From: Elsinoe ampelina
Taxonomy: Eukaryota
Assembly (NCBI GenBank): GCA_010093995.1
Contig: ML992516.1
Location: 371,413-435,412 of the forward strand
DNA length: 64,000 bases
Reading direction: 5' to 3'
The position numbers were made by a program, and so were the translations under genes. The notes below the pieces were generated by a model. It was not told the DNA's origin. It was given only the letters and a program-made list of their open reading frames with translations, and ran no database searches. The number at the start of each line of letters is the position of its first letter. Positions within the stretch are counted from its first letter, which is position 1. Below, in pieces: positions 47,598-59,981 of this stretch.

Positions 47598-48116
47598 AAT
47601 TGTTCTGGTGGCACAGACTGGAGTGCGGCCATTTGCGATTGCCAAGTGGTGCCACTTGTCAGGTCAACGACATGGATGCCGCCAGTATGGGAGGAAAGAA
47701 CACCAAACGATGGCGAGTAGATACGGACAGACCTGCAAATGGAAGTCGAGATGCAGAGTTATAGCACGTGACGTTACAGCGACATGTCGTGAGCGGGGGA
47801 TCCCGACCAGCGCCAAGGTCGCAAATGGAAGGTCCGCACGGTCTTGGCCTAAAGCGGGAGGTGGCGACGTTTTCCGAGGACGCGCGTGAAAGTCAATAAT
47901 CCTGTTATCTGCTACCGAGTCCAGACCGATCAATTCATCGTCCAACCAGCGCTGGTTGTTCGCAGTTTCATCTCCCACCGATGATCTTTGTTAAGCGACT
48001 GGGTGTGGTTAAACTCGAGGTATTGTTGACTTTTTTTGTGACCTTGCTTGCGTGATACAAAAGCTACATTCCTCCTCGTCTGTAGACGCCCACTGTCTTT
48101 TCCAACTCAAATCATC

Positions 48117-49599
48117 ATGAAGTACTCTCTTGTTGCATCGCTCATCTTGGGCAGCTCAGTCTCTTTGGCGGAGTTGCTGCCGGTGTATCTCACTGCCCCG
48201 TCGCCAGCTCACTTCCGCGACATTGTCCGCAACGATACCTACGATTTTGGCTGCAGACCAGTCGCCCAGCCATCCGACGATGGTACATTCAAGCTTCACG
48301 CTCTGCTCACCGAGAGCCAGATCAGCCATTTGACCAACGAGTACAAGGATGTTTCCGAAATCAACATCCACCGAAAGCTTGTCAAGCGGGCCGCCACCGC
48401 ACCCATTGGCACCGGTGACCGCTGGTCTGGCGGCTCTGTCGTCCCAAGTGGTCTGGGTACCAAGGCTGCTGGTAGTACCATCTCCAGCATCATGAATGTC
48501 AAGGAACTTGGCACGGCCGTGCAAGGTCTCGTCAAGGGTTATGGCATTGGCACTGTCACCCTGCCATACAAGACATTCAATGGCGCCACCCAGATCGCAG
48601 CATTCGCCGGAGCTGGTACCGACAAGTCGGCATACCGCTTGTACCTCAGTGCTGGTATTCATGCTCGTGAGAGAGGTGGACCTGATCAGCTCATCTACTG
48701 GATCTCCGATCTGCTTGCCGCCAACAAGGCTGGCACCGGATTGACTTATGGCAAGAAGGTCTACACCAATGCCCAGGTCAAGAGCGTTCTTGCTGCCGGC
48801 ATTGTCTTCTTCCCTCTCGGTATGTCTCTCATTTTGACCCTCCTGACATTGCTGACCCCTCCCAGTCAACCCCGACGGTGTCACATACGACCAGTCCTCC
48901 GGCTCTCTCTGGCGCAAGAACCGCAACACCAAGTCCGGCTCAAGCGGTGCTTCCATCGGTGTTGATCTCAACCGCAACTTCGATTTCCTCTGGAACTTCA
49001 AGAAGTACTTTGATCCATCTGTCTCGCCCGCCAGCACTTCGCCAAGCTCCGAGACCTTTGCTGGTACCGCCGCCTTTTCCGAATCAGAGACCAAGAACGT
49101 AGCAAGCATCTACGATTCCTTCCCGAAGATCCGCTGGTTTATGGACATCCATAGTGCTGTCGGTGACATCTTGTACTCTTGGGGTGATGATGACAACCAG
49201 GGTACCTCCACCACTCAGAACTTCCTCAACTCCGCCTACGACGGCAAGCGTGGTGTCGTCAGCGATACCGTGTACAAGGAGTACATCCCATCTGCCGACG
49301 CCACTGCGATCAAGACCGTCGCTCAGAAAACTGCCGCTGGTATGGCTGCTGCCGGTGGCCGCTCGTACGGCATCTCCCAAGCCGTTGGTCTCTACCCAAC
49401 CTCCGGCGCCAGTGACGATTACTCCTTCTCCCGCTACTGGGCCAAGCCTGGTGTCAACAAGGTCTACGGCTACACAATGGAGTTTGGTTATGCCACCAAC
49501 TTCTACCCAACCTTGACCGAGTTCAACAACAACATCATTGACACCAACGCCGCCTTCATGGAGTGGGCTTTGGCTGCGATTGCGGTTGGCCTAAACTGA
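48117..49599 (+). CDS. Secreted zinc carboxypeptidase (peptidase M14)
   Basis: Signal peptide MKYSLVASLILGSSVSLA, AGIHARE, VNPDG, WRKNR, GVDLNRNF, AFSESET, DIHS, YTMEFG; intron 48820-48865. Confidence 0.93.
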
Positions 49600-50164
49600 A
49601 CCATCCATGATGGCTCTGACGAAGGTGTTGACCATTGATGAGTATATTCTGGTGTACATAGTAGTGACGAAGATTACGACGGCGATGAAGACGATGCAAA
49701 AAGGGCGAGACATGTTGAGTAGTGGAGTTGAAGGGTTGACGAGTGATAGGTAGCGACCAGAGCACCTTCTGTACATACGAAGCTCGATTAAATTTGCATA
49801 CCGATTTTCGCCGAAGAGACGATGCTTGCATTACCTGTCCTCCTTTTCTTGCACACAGGATGAGATGGGGGTCAAAGTACCGGAGAAGTAAACGATGAAG
49901 CCGGATGGAGGAGAAACGGAGCCGCATAACCAACAGGCCATGCTGAACCCACAGCACGTGATCGCCTGCTTGCTGTAGATGCACGTGGTTATGCACAACT
50001 TTCTTTCTCAACGCACACTACGTCTATCTTTCTCTCTCTTCCTGTCTCCATCATCCACACACCATTTCCAGATTGCTGCAGCATCATCCCCATTCACATT
50101 CACCAACCATAACGAGAATCATCCCATATCGCATCCGTCGTCATCAAACCTACACAGCTCCGAC

Positions 50165-51019
50165 ATGATGGACGCCGGCCCAGCAAACGAGCGCACCACG
50201 ACTACATCCATGTTGAGCACACAGGACAGGGAGGTGGCTCATGTCGACGAAAGACATTTCCACTTCACCAAAGCCATGAAGATTGCGGAGAGTCCTTACC
50301 TGGTCGAAATGATCCCACCACATCTGGACATGAGGACGACTCTTCTCTCAGCATCCTTGGTTTGTAAGGATTGGAAGGCTATCATTGACCGATCTGCACG
50401 AGTCAAGAAGACACTCTTCCTCCAGCCAGACTTGCGACACCGCCATATCACCTGTCGTACATGTCCAGACGGACCGACCGATTCATTCATGTACGCTTGT
50501 GCCTGCAATGTAATTGAGGACATCAACCCTACGGCTGGGACTGCACGGCTTCTCCATCCTTTGTTGATGACGAAGGATTTCAAGCAAGGTCCGATCGTGA
50601 AGATCAAACTCAATGGCATTTTGCTGGATAGGCTGAGCAAGCTCCCCGCTGATCCCAACTCATCACAGCTCGGGAAAATGCTGATATGTCAACCACCCCT
50701 TACGAATCTGCATATCAGCGACACTTATAGCGGCAAGCGCGTGGAAATCAGCATCGCGGACCACGGACCAGGCATTTCGTTTGGTGTCCTTTTCAAGGCG
50801 ATCCAGCCATATGTCCGTGATCTGCGTTCAACGGCATCAAGCCGCACCATCCTGCGACTCTCCGCAAAGTGTGAAGAGCAGGAGCTCTTTCTGGGTACTA
50901 GCTATTCGTCTTTTGCTGCAGTGGACGGAGAAGAGACCCATGACGTTCAGTATCTTGTGAAGAGACGTCCCGACTCCTTGGATGACACAGACTTAGCTCT
51001 ATTGGGGTATCTTGCTTGA
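50165..51019 (+). CDS. F-box domain protein (paralogue 7), intronless
   Basis: ESPYLVEMIPPHLDMRTTLLSASLVCKDWKAIIDRSARVKKTLFLQP; CRTC; LLHPLL; KMLICQPP; GISFG. Confidence 0.8.
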   Translation: MMDAGPANERTTTTSMLSTQDREVAHVDERHFHFTKAMKIAESPYLVEMIPPHLDMRTTLLSASLVCKDWKAIIDRSARVKKTLFLQPDLRHRHITCRTCPDGPTDSFMYACACNVIEDINPTAGTARLLHPLLMTKDFKQGPIVKIKLNGILLDRLSKLPADPNSSQLGKMLICQPPLTNLHISDTYSGKRVEISIADHGPGISFGVLFKAIQPYVRDLRSTASSRTILRLSAKCEEQELFLGTSYSSFAAVDGEETHDVQYLVKRRPDSLDDTDLALLGYLA

Positions 51020-51388
51020 CTGTTCATGAACATCTTGCTTAAGTATAAGGTATATGGTGAGATCTGGTAGGATTTGAGTTGGTACATGAAAGCAGATTGG
51101 GTCACCGAGGGACAGAGATGAAAAGAAAAATCACAGATCGGAGTGGGTATCATCAGCTGGGCTAGAGCAGCAAGCATGGGAGAATGAAACACCGAGCACT
51201 CATCAATGCGAGCACATATCACACCATGGTAGAATGACATGTGAAAGAGAGACGGGCGGGATATCTCCGGCAGCAGTCATGTGAATGGATCACTTTTATC
51301 TGCCGACGAATCCACCTCACCTGCAACTACATCACCAACACCTTTCTTTTAATCAGTAAAGAAACTTATCACCAGCAGTTCAAAGACG

Positions 51389-52285
51389 ATGGCCATCTAC
51401 GAGCCCAGTGCGGCCAAAAGGAAACGTAAACGCTGGCCAAAACAAGGCGCTACACGCGACTACGTGTGCGCTGCGACAGCCAGTCTCAATTCACACGACT
51501 TACCCAACACGTCTGAGGTCATGTCAAACCCCTATCTCGTCAGCATGATCCTACCATACGTGGATATGAAGACACTCCTGATCGCCGGCGGTCGAGTTTG
51601 CAAGGACTGGAAGGCCATCATCGACAAATCTTCAGTCATTCAAAGAAAACTCTTCCTCAAGCCTGATACCCGAAAACGCCTGGTGGAGTGTATACCATGC
51701 GGGAAAAGCGAACCATGGCGTCGCGGATCACCTAGGTCATGTCCCGTCTGCTCGATGGACAGGATGACCAGATCGCAGCAAACCTATTATCTCATTAATC
51801 CCCTCACCATCTCACCTGGGCCTAAGGCAACCCAGGGATTGAGATTAGGATACTGTCGTTTTGAAACTCCCTGCAACCTAGGTAGCCTGGATGTCACCCT
51901 GGCCGAATCTCCTACCACCTCATGGAGACATATGCTGGTCACTCAGCCCCCCATCAAAGCCCTGAAAGTCGAGATTCACTACTTTATCACTGCACCAGGC
52001 GATAAAGGCTCATTGGAGGACCACAGGCTTGCAGAAATCACGGTCAGGGATGAGAATGGTATTACACAGGGATCTTTGATGCACGCCATGTCTCATGGGC
52101 TGGTAGGTGTGCCAAACTACGCACTCAAATTCGTGAGCGTCAACTACGACGGGGACAGGGACGACAGGTTCCAGGATCGCATTTTCGAATGGGCAGATGA
52201 AGATGTAACGGGAGCTGAAGGAGATGTGGTTCACGTGGCTGATATGACCGAGAAAGAAGAAACCTTTGTCTGGTTGAGACGTTAG
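51389..52285 (+). CDS. F-box domain protein (paralogue 8), intronless
   Basis: VMSNPYLVSMILPYVDMKTLLIAGGRVCKDWKAIIDKSSVIQRKLFLKP; two CxxC; LINPL; TSWRHMLVTQPP; NGITQG. Confidence 0.82.
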   Translation: MAIYEPSAAKRKRKRWPKQGATRDYVCAATASLNSHDLPNTSEVMSNPYLVSMILPYVDMKTLLIAGGRVCKDWKAIIDKSSVIQRKLFLKPDTRKRLVECIPCGKSEPWRRGSPRSCPVCSMDRMTRSQQTYYLINPLTISPGPKATQGLRLGYCRFETPCNLGSLDVTLAESPTTSWRHMLVTQPPIKALKVEIHYFITAPGDKGSLEDHRLAEITVRDENGITQGSLMHAMSHGLVGVPNYALKFVSVNYDGDRDDRFQDRIFEWADEDVTGAEGDVVHVADMTEKEETFVWLRR

Positions 52286-52498
52286 ATGTCGCAAGAGAAC
52301 AATGGATACTACCAGAATCTAGCTTGAATATCTCCCTTGCTATCGATCGCGTAAAAGAATGCCACTTTGCGATTCGTCCTGCATGCAATACCTGTAAAGT
52401 CACGTGATAATCCAGCTTCGCTTTTCCTCTAAATCCGACCACAAGACCTCGACCTCATTCTTTCTGCAAATCCACCTCACCTTTGCCATACGACGACC

Positions 52499-52973
52499 AA
52501 TCCATTTCCGAAGACCCACGAAGTCATGTCCAACCCATACCTCGTCGGCATGATCCTTCCACGCGTCGACATGAAGACCCTTCTACTGGCCAGCAGAGTC
52601 TGCAAGGATTGAAAAAGCATCATCGACACACCCTCCAAGATTCAGAAGAAGCTCTTCTTCAAGCCAGTCAACCGTAGACGTATCGCCCTGAATCAATCCG
52701 AAGAATCCTTTCCTCCACTGTCTCCAAACTACCAGCGTATCGAATCCTGGCGGCGCATGCACCTCAGCCAACCGCCGACCACATCAGTCAGTCTGTCTGT
52801 CAGCCAAGCAGATAGACTCCCCTGGCAACTTTTCGTCGCGTCGGATGGTCGAAAGCAGCAACGGTATCGTCTGGGGTCAAGTGATGGACGCCCTTGATGT
52901 TTGTATCAGCGAGACCTTCATCCCAGCCAGCGCGACGACGCTCTGTGGTCATGTCATGCCCCAAAATAACTAG
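52499..52973 (+). pseudogene. F-box pseudogene (paralogue 9), tandem relative of paralogue 8
   Basis: EVMSNPYLVGMILPRVDMKTLLLASRVCKD*KSIIDTPSKIQKKLFFKP (Trp->TGA 52610-52612); shortened middle; ESWRRMHLSQPP; frameshift before NGIVWGQVM. Confidence 0.82.
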
Positions 52974-53389
52974 GACTGGATGCCAGAGGTGGTGGCCACA
53001 CCATCTCTGCCGGGGAGGAGTCTGAATTACCACCATCAGACTCTGGCGAGACCGTGGAGTCTGAGGGTGATCCTAATGGCACAGGCGACTTCGAGGGTAC
53101 TGATAGCCCTGATGGCTGTGCCGGCCTCGATCACTCCGATGGACCCTAATGACTCTGATGATTCTCACCACTCTCCAAGGCGATTATCGTTGCAAAAACC
53201 CCGGTCGTCCTGTTGAGCTTTCAGTATATGAAGATAGGACTCAAGGCATCTATTATCACCTCGGGAGGAGTATTGCAGAAGGCAGGGGAAATCGTAATGC
53301 ATACATCATCAAAGACCTCGACCTCATTACCCTACCGAACCATGCTCACCAAGAATGCAGGGCTACTCCACCAATCCCTCATCAAGCAC

Positions 53390-56300
53390 CTACGTCCCAG
53401 TCTCAGTCTCTACACCCGGCTTCCTCCCCTCCAACCCACCAGTAATCTTATTCTTCAACTTCCTCACCCCAATCAGCCCCTCATCCTTTGCAAACTTGAA
53501 ATTGCGGGCCGGCTTCCACTGCATCAAGCCCCTCTGCTTCCTGCTCTCGGTCCTCTTGGCCTGCCTATCCGGGTCCATACCGCCGACGCTCTCGATGCTC
53601 TTGACTGATCCCCCATCCGTGTCGGCTGTCGAGGCAGTGGTGCCAGTCTCGAAGCTGCCTCTTGCCTTTGCCGAGTGGCCAACGCCGTTGGCTTTGGATT
53701 TCCGGGCATTACTTGCGTCAAGAACGCCAAGGTCATTTTCGGTGTCGTCTGTGGCGTAGGAGTGATCGCCATCGCTGTCTTCGTCCGAGGAAGGATGGTT
53801 GGGGTCGTGGAGTGGGGGCTCGACACCGGGCTCGCGACGCTTCTTGCCCTCGCCGTCCATGTATGCTTTGGGATCTTCACCAAATGCCCCGGACCAGTCT
53901 GTGCCGGACTTGGATAGCCACTTCTGCTTCTCCTCTGGCTCTTCCTTCTTGAGGATATCGCGACCTTCGGTGAGGGAGGAGTCATGGAGAGATTGAACGC
54001 GGTCGGGCATCTCCTTTTCGACGAGGCGGGAACGAACACCTTCGGCAAGACAAGCCTCCCAGGATTCAAAGGTCTCGCGGGAGTCGTTGTCGGAAACAAA
54101 GGCTTCGTGAGACTCATCCATACCAGCCTTGAAGCGACCGCGGAATTTGAGACGACCAATGACTTCTAGATCTTCCAGACCAGGCATGGACTTGTCATAG
54201 TTTTCCTCGGTAATGTAGTTTTGGACAAGACGTTGAGAGGCCTTGGTCTTCCAGATTGGAACGTCAATGTCGGAGGTCTCATTGTCGATGAGGTGCTGTA
54301 GCCAGACCATAGCATACGCATCAGCCTTGCGACCTGTGTGGAATTCGAAGACGACTGGCGAGCGGTAGCGGTACTTGACTGGCAGACGAGCATGAAGCTT
54401 GGCCTTGTCGGATGACACATCCCACTCAACACCGTCGCCGCTCGAAGTGCAGAGCTTGCGGTCTACGCGGCCAATTGATCCACCGGTGCGCATCTTAATC
54501 TTGCCGGTCGACTTGAGCCCAGTAGCGTGAATGGATTCAGACATGAATTCGAATGTACCAACATCCCAGCCAAGAATGTTGGGCGGCAGGCGAGTCTCGA
54601 CAGAACGGAAGAGAAGTGAAATACGAATGCGACCAAAGCCAACACCACCGTCGAGAGGATACCATCTTGTGACCTGGGAGCTGGTCTCGAGAATGTCGGA
54701 GAGCTTGAGAGGGACAACGCCGAGAATGGGATCGTGCTCGCGGTGACGCTGATCACGGACAGTGACGGTGATGACGGCAGATCTCCAGTCGCGTATGAAT
54801 CTTTCGGTACCAGCGTTGAAGATTGGCTTGCTGCTAACAGCTTTGGCACGAGTGCGGTAGACCTGGTAATCATCAACTTGTGGATCTCGTCTCAAGACGA
54901 AATACTTACGAGTTCATCGTTGAAGAGGATGGTGCAGTAGCTGGTTGGGAGATTGTTACCCTCCTCCTCCTTACCTTCACCACTTGGCTTGGCTGGCTCA
55001 AATTCACGTCCTTTGCGGCTCCCGGATGTACCTTTGATGTTGTCGAGCTCAAGGTTGACGATTTGGTGGACAACTATACTGCAGACGCCGCTGGGCCATA
55101 GTGGATCGGGAGGAGTATGCTGAACAGCATCGTCGACGGCAGTGTTGGTAGCACCCTTCTCGTCTTGGAGCTCAGGCTGGTCGCGAAGAGCTTCTGGCAG
55201 AGCCTTGTTCTTACCGTCGGTCCTGAGAGCTGGGCGGAATTGTGGCTTGCCAAAGTAGCCGACCTCCCAGTGAAGCTCACCGGGCATCTCGCTGCCTTCG
55301 TTCATACCTGCCAATTTGGAGACTTGAGGGTACATCTTGCCAGGGTGTTGGATCATCTTCTGCATCGAGAGCTCGACCTTGCCAACAATGTCATCAGCGC
55401 TGTGGCGGTCAGAGTCCCACAGCTCGACCGACAGATTCTCGTCAGCCTTGATGAGCTCGGGAGTGACCAAGAGAGCGGCGCATTCCTCCCAGATTGGGTT
55501 AAGGTCGTCAGTGATGACTCTGGTGCAGTACATGGGCTTTCCGTATTTGGAGAAGGAGAGAGTGATGTAAGGGTCGCTTCCGCCATATTTGCTGCCACGC
55601 TTGTCCTGCTTGCTGAGACCAACAGCGCGGTGGATCCTGATCCACATCACACCTAGCGCAGAGACATCCTTGGTGATATCGTCGCCTTGAAGCATTGCGC
55701 GCATATCGAGAGACATGGATTTCGGTGCGACATACATGCTTGCGGCAGCTCCAATGGCATAGTTGACAAAGTTTGAGATGAGTGGCAGGTTGAGAATATT
55801 GACGCCCTTTTGGATCATTGGTACGCATCCGGCTTGGACGTGTGGGACACCCATTAGAGTAAAGGTGAGAGTCTTGAGGAATGGTGGTTCGGGCGTCATG
55901 TGCAGTCGCAGTCTAACGGTACCGACCAACTCCTGCAATTCCACAAAGATGGGGAGAGGCACGCCGAAGAGACCTTTGATACCGAGGTAGAAGACAAGCT
56001 GCATGTGCATGTTACGAGCCTTGTCGGATGCACGAGAGCTGGTTGGCTCGGCATGGTAGGCGAAGGAGACTTCCAGGTTGTAGTAGTCACCACCTTCTTC
56101 GTCCGCGGCGGCTTCTTGAGGATCCTTGCTCTTCTTGTTTTCTTCATGAATGGCCGTCTTCATCTCCTTCATGTGGGAGTCGGGGAGAGATCGAAGACTG
56201 AGGATGCGGAGAGGATTGCTGCCTTGGTTGATCTCGGCGACTCGCACGTTCTCAATGACTCCAGGGACAGAGGCCTGCATGACATCCTCAAGTGTATCTG

Positions 56301-57139
56301 CAACACTCTGGAACATGTCTGGGTTTACAAGACCCCAGACGATCCCCATGAAGCTGTTCATCCATTCGACGGATTCGGGGAGGAGGTTTGCAGTGGCCTG
56401 GGATTGTCAATACTGATCACGTGTTGGATATCGAAAAACTCACTGTCTCGCCGCGCTCCTTCTCGCTGCTCCATTCAATCTCGCGTCCAGACCGGACAAC
56501 TTCCTTCATCCAGAGCCAGACACCAGAAGCGAGCACACCTCCGAGCGGAATTAGGCCCTTGAGTGCGCCGCCGAACATGTTACCAATGATGATTGTGCCG
56601 AGGAAGATGGCGATACAGAGGATGCCGGCCCTTCTTTCCAAGGACTCAAACATGGGCTCATAGCTCACGGATGGTGTAGGGTGGAAGAGAATGTTGGTCT
56701 TTTCGCCATGAATTGGGACGTCAGAAGTACTGCCCGGCTCGACTGGGTCTGGAGGGGCAGTAATATCCTGGTTGTGCGCATATTCTGGGTTCTTCTGATT
56801 TGGATCCGTCTTGACTGTGGTATCTTTGCCGAGATTTGCATTTGGTACTGACAGCATAGGGTTCTTAGCCCTCTCCATCATCTCTTTGCCTACATCAGCG
56901 ACGATGACCTGCTTTCCTGTTGTAGGATCGGTGACAGTCTTTGCAGGCTTGTTGTTCTCGGGCTGCTTCTGCTGCTTGTGAGGAGTGGCATCTGACTTGT
57001 TTGTCTGATCAATGGCCTTGTCTCGTTCTCTCTTCTCCTTGTCCAACTTTTCAATAAATTGATGGACAGTGGGGATCTTGTTTGACCCTGAGTAGAAACC
57101 ACCAGGGCCATGCTGCTGTTGTTGGTTGTGATCGGCCAT
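53390..57139 (-). CDS. SMP-LTD / C2-domain membrane contact protein (Mug190 / tricalbin-like)
   Basis: TM segment, PESVEWMNS, SMP region, C2 motifs SDPYITLSF..TRVITDDLNPIWEE..LWDSDRHSADD and RHREHDPILGVV; introns 56398-56443 and 54863-54909. Confidence 0.88.
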
Positions 57140-57728
57140 TGCAGCTTCACCTGTGAGGGATTGTGGAATAGGAGATGAAGGAAAGGGTGAACATGGAGAA
57201 AGACGGTTGAAATAATCAGAGACTGACGACACCGAGGTGCAACCGTGTTGTCGCAAGCTTGGAAGTGGAAATGGACGCGACAACCTTGGACCTCGACCTT
57301 GGACCACACGGGACAAGGGAGAGAGGAGCTTCACAAACTGTGGCTGTTACGTCATGGGCTTGATTTAGGGGAACAAACGGGAATGTGATCGGGCATGGTG
57401 TAAAAAGTGCTTTCTCCGGCATTTGAATGCTGCTGATTGACCAGAACCATCTGCTGCTAGATCACGACTTCTACAATCTCGATTCTCGTCTCTCTAGCAA
57501 TTGCTCTTCCCATTCAGTGTCAATATCAACGACAAAATTCCATAATGGTGGAGAAGCTCCTCATCCCGTTTGGGAAGCTTCAGCCACATGTCCACAGATC
57601 GACAGCGACGTTTTGGAAGGATCGACAAGGACGATCTCCATCAAGCGCGTTTTGCAGCCTCAACCAAGGAAACCCGTAATCTTGGATCGCTTCTTCCCTC
57701 TATCAGTCCATGTCTATGATCATCGACG

Positions 57729-59039
57729 ATGTCTGGCTGGTTCACTACCTTTCTCAATTGTCGGCTCTGTATTGACGGAAAGTTGGTGCGGGATCAGTTT
57801 GTTGTCTCAGATGACACGGGGCTGATACTACCACGTACTGGCTACATCGGCGGAGATGCTGTTGATCTGGAAGATGGCATAATAGCTCCTGGGTTTCTCG
57901 AGCTTCAAACGAATGGCTTGCTAGGATTCCATTTCACTCATTTCAAGGACCCAGACACATATGCGGCTGAGATTGATAAGGCGGCCAACTATCTAATCAC
58001 TCAGGGTGTCACAGGCTTTTGGGCCACTATACCTACTGTCTCGAGTCAGGAATTCAAGCAGGTAGGTGATATTCTCATTCTCCACTATCAGCGAGGACAG
58101 AGTGTGCATTCATGACTTGGATAAGTATATGTACGAATTTGTTGTGACCTACACCAAACAAGGCTGATACGCTGTCAGATCCTCCCTTCCCTCAAGCCAC
58201 GGCAGATCGAAAATGGAGCAGGCTTACTAGGTGCACACGCCGAAGGGCCCTATCTCCATCCAAGCAAAAAAGGCGCCCACAACGAGTCACTATTCACCCA
58301 GCCGGATCAATCACCAGCAGAAGTCTATGGACCTGATGGCACTTCCTCGGATACCTTGAAGCTTGTCACTGTGGCACCTGAATTACCGAATGCCACCAGC
58401 CTGGTCAAGAAATTGGTAGACCAGGGCACAAAGGTATCCCTAGGCCACAGCGCCGCCTCGTTCGACCAAGGGCTAAAGGCTGTCAAAGCTGGAGCATCAT
58501 GCTTGACGCATACACTGAATGCTATGGCGCCTTTACATCATCGGGATCCAGGTCTGGCAGGGCTAGTAACTGTGCCGTCTACAGACGAAGCCTCAAGTCC
58601 ATACTTTAGCATGATACCTGATGGCAATCATCTTCATTCAAGTGTGGTCGCTATGCTCTACCGGGCCAATCCTGACAAAGCCATTGTCATTACAGACAGT
58701 ATCGAAATGGCAGGGCTTGATGATGGCATTTACCCCGGTCATGCTCAAATCCCACACAAACAGCGCAAGGTTGGATCGAGAGTTACCATCGATGGCACCG
58801 AGACACTCATCGGCGGCTGTGCAAGTCTGCAGGAATGTGTCCGCAACTTAATGTCATGGACTGAATGCAACGTGGCTGAAGCGGTCAAGACTGTCACGGA
58901 GAACATAGCAGGCTTCATGGGTTTGGAAGATAGAGGGAAGCTAGAAGCGGGAAGGAGGGCAGACTTTGTTGTCCTGAATGATGAAGGTGAGGTTCTTCAA
59001 ACATGGCTGGCCGGGATCAAGGTCTGGGAGAAGAAGTAG
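57729..59039 (+). CDS. nagA: N-acetylglucosamine-6-phosphate deacetylase
   Basis: IAPGFLELQTNG, GAHAEGPYL, KKGAH, VTVAPE, SLGHS, THTLNAM, DGNH, ITDS, GRRADFV; intron 58062-58178. Confidence 0.92.
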
Positions 59040-59981
59040 CAAGATATGTTGAGTGTCGGAGCTTGTCATTGGTTGGATTGGGTGAGGTGTTCAGTACCGA
59101 TATGAGAGGACAGCACGAGGCTGGGGACATATCATGAATGACGCACACATCATACAAACGACCCGTAGAATATATGAATGAAAGGATCAAATACTTGACC
59201 AGATGGAACTGCTGCTCGTGAAATCGAGGCCATTGGGTGACATGAGACGTCTGTTCATCTTGTGCTATACCATTGACAAGTCTACTTGGAGGTGAGTGAA
59301 CATCCCACACGGCGCTGAATATTATATCCAGCAAGCCTATGCAGACCTCTCGACCTCCCTGCGGCTCCAGTATCATGCAAGACATACATACTGCCTGCAA
59401 ACAAGGGCAGCCGAGAACTAGAGTCCCAACTAACAGATCCTGTAGACGTTGACAATAACGGCCCTCGAGTTTAGGGAGAAGTATCGGCCATGCAGACAGC
59501 TTCGATTGACAAACCGTTGGCCTCTCCTTTACTCGCCTGCTCATCTCCTGCATACATCAAACTCGCAAAGGAAACTACGAGGTTGGTCTGTTCTTCCTGC
59601 ATTACCGACGCGACTGACTTGGCCTCATACCGAAAATCGAGACAATATCTTGGATTGCCGCTCTGCGCGACATGGCAGAAGGAGAAAATGTTGAACACGA
59701 CACTCCGGTCGAAAGTGTTGATGGAGGTGATTCAGAGCTCAATGTAAAGGTGAGTAGATTGATCATTGTCAATTTGACAATTTCCCCGTGTCGATCTCCA
59801 CAGCATCATCAACCCTGAAACACCGACGGGGTACCTGGATATGTATGAAGCTTGAATGTTGCAGAAAGTTGGTCAACTTGGCTGACGACGATTATTAGTC
59901 TCCAGATATCTCAGAACATCTCGTATGCATGACGGTCAATTACTCTGGCGAACTCGACACTAATTCCAGAAATAGGTGACA

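Noticed and set aside
52610..52612. TGG>TGA stop in F-box pseudogene 9 as RIP evidence
   Set aside because: Canonical CpA-context RIP would give TAG; this change is not diagnostic.
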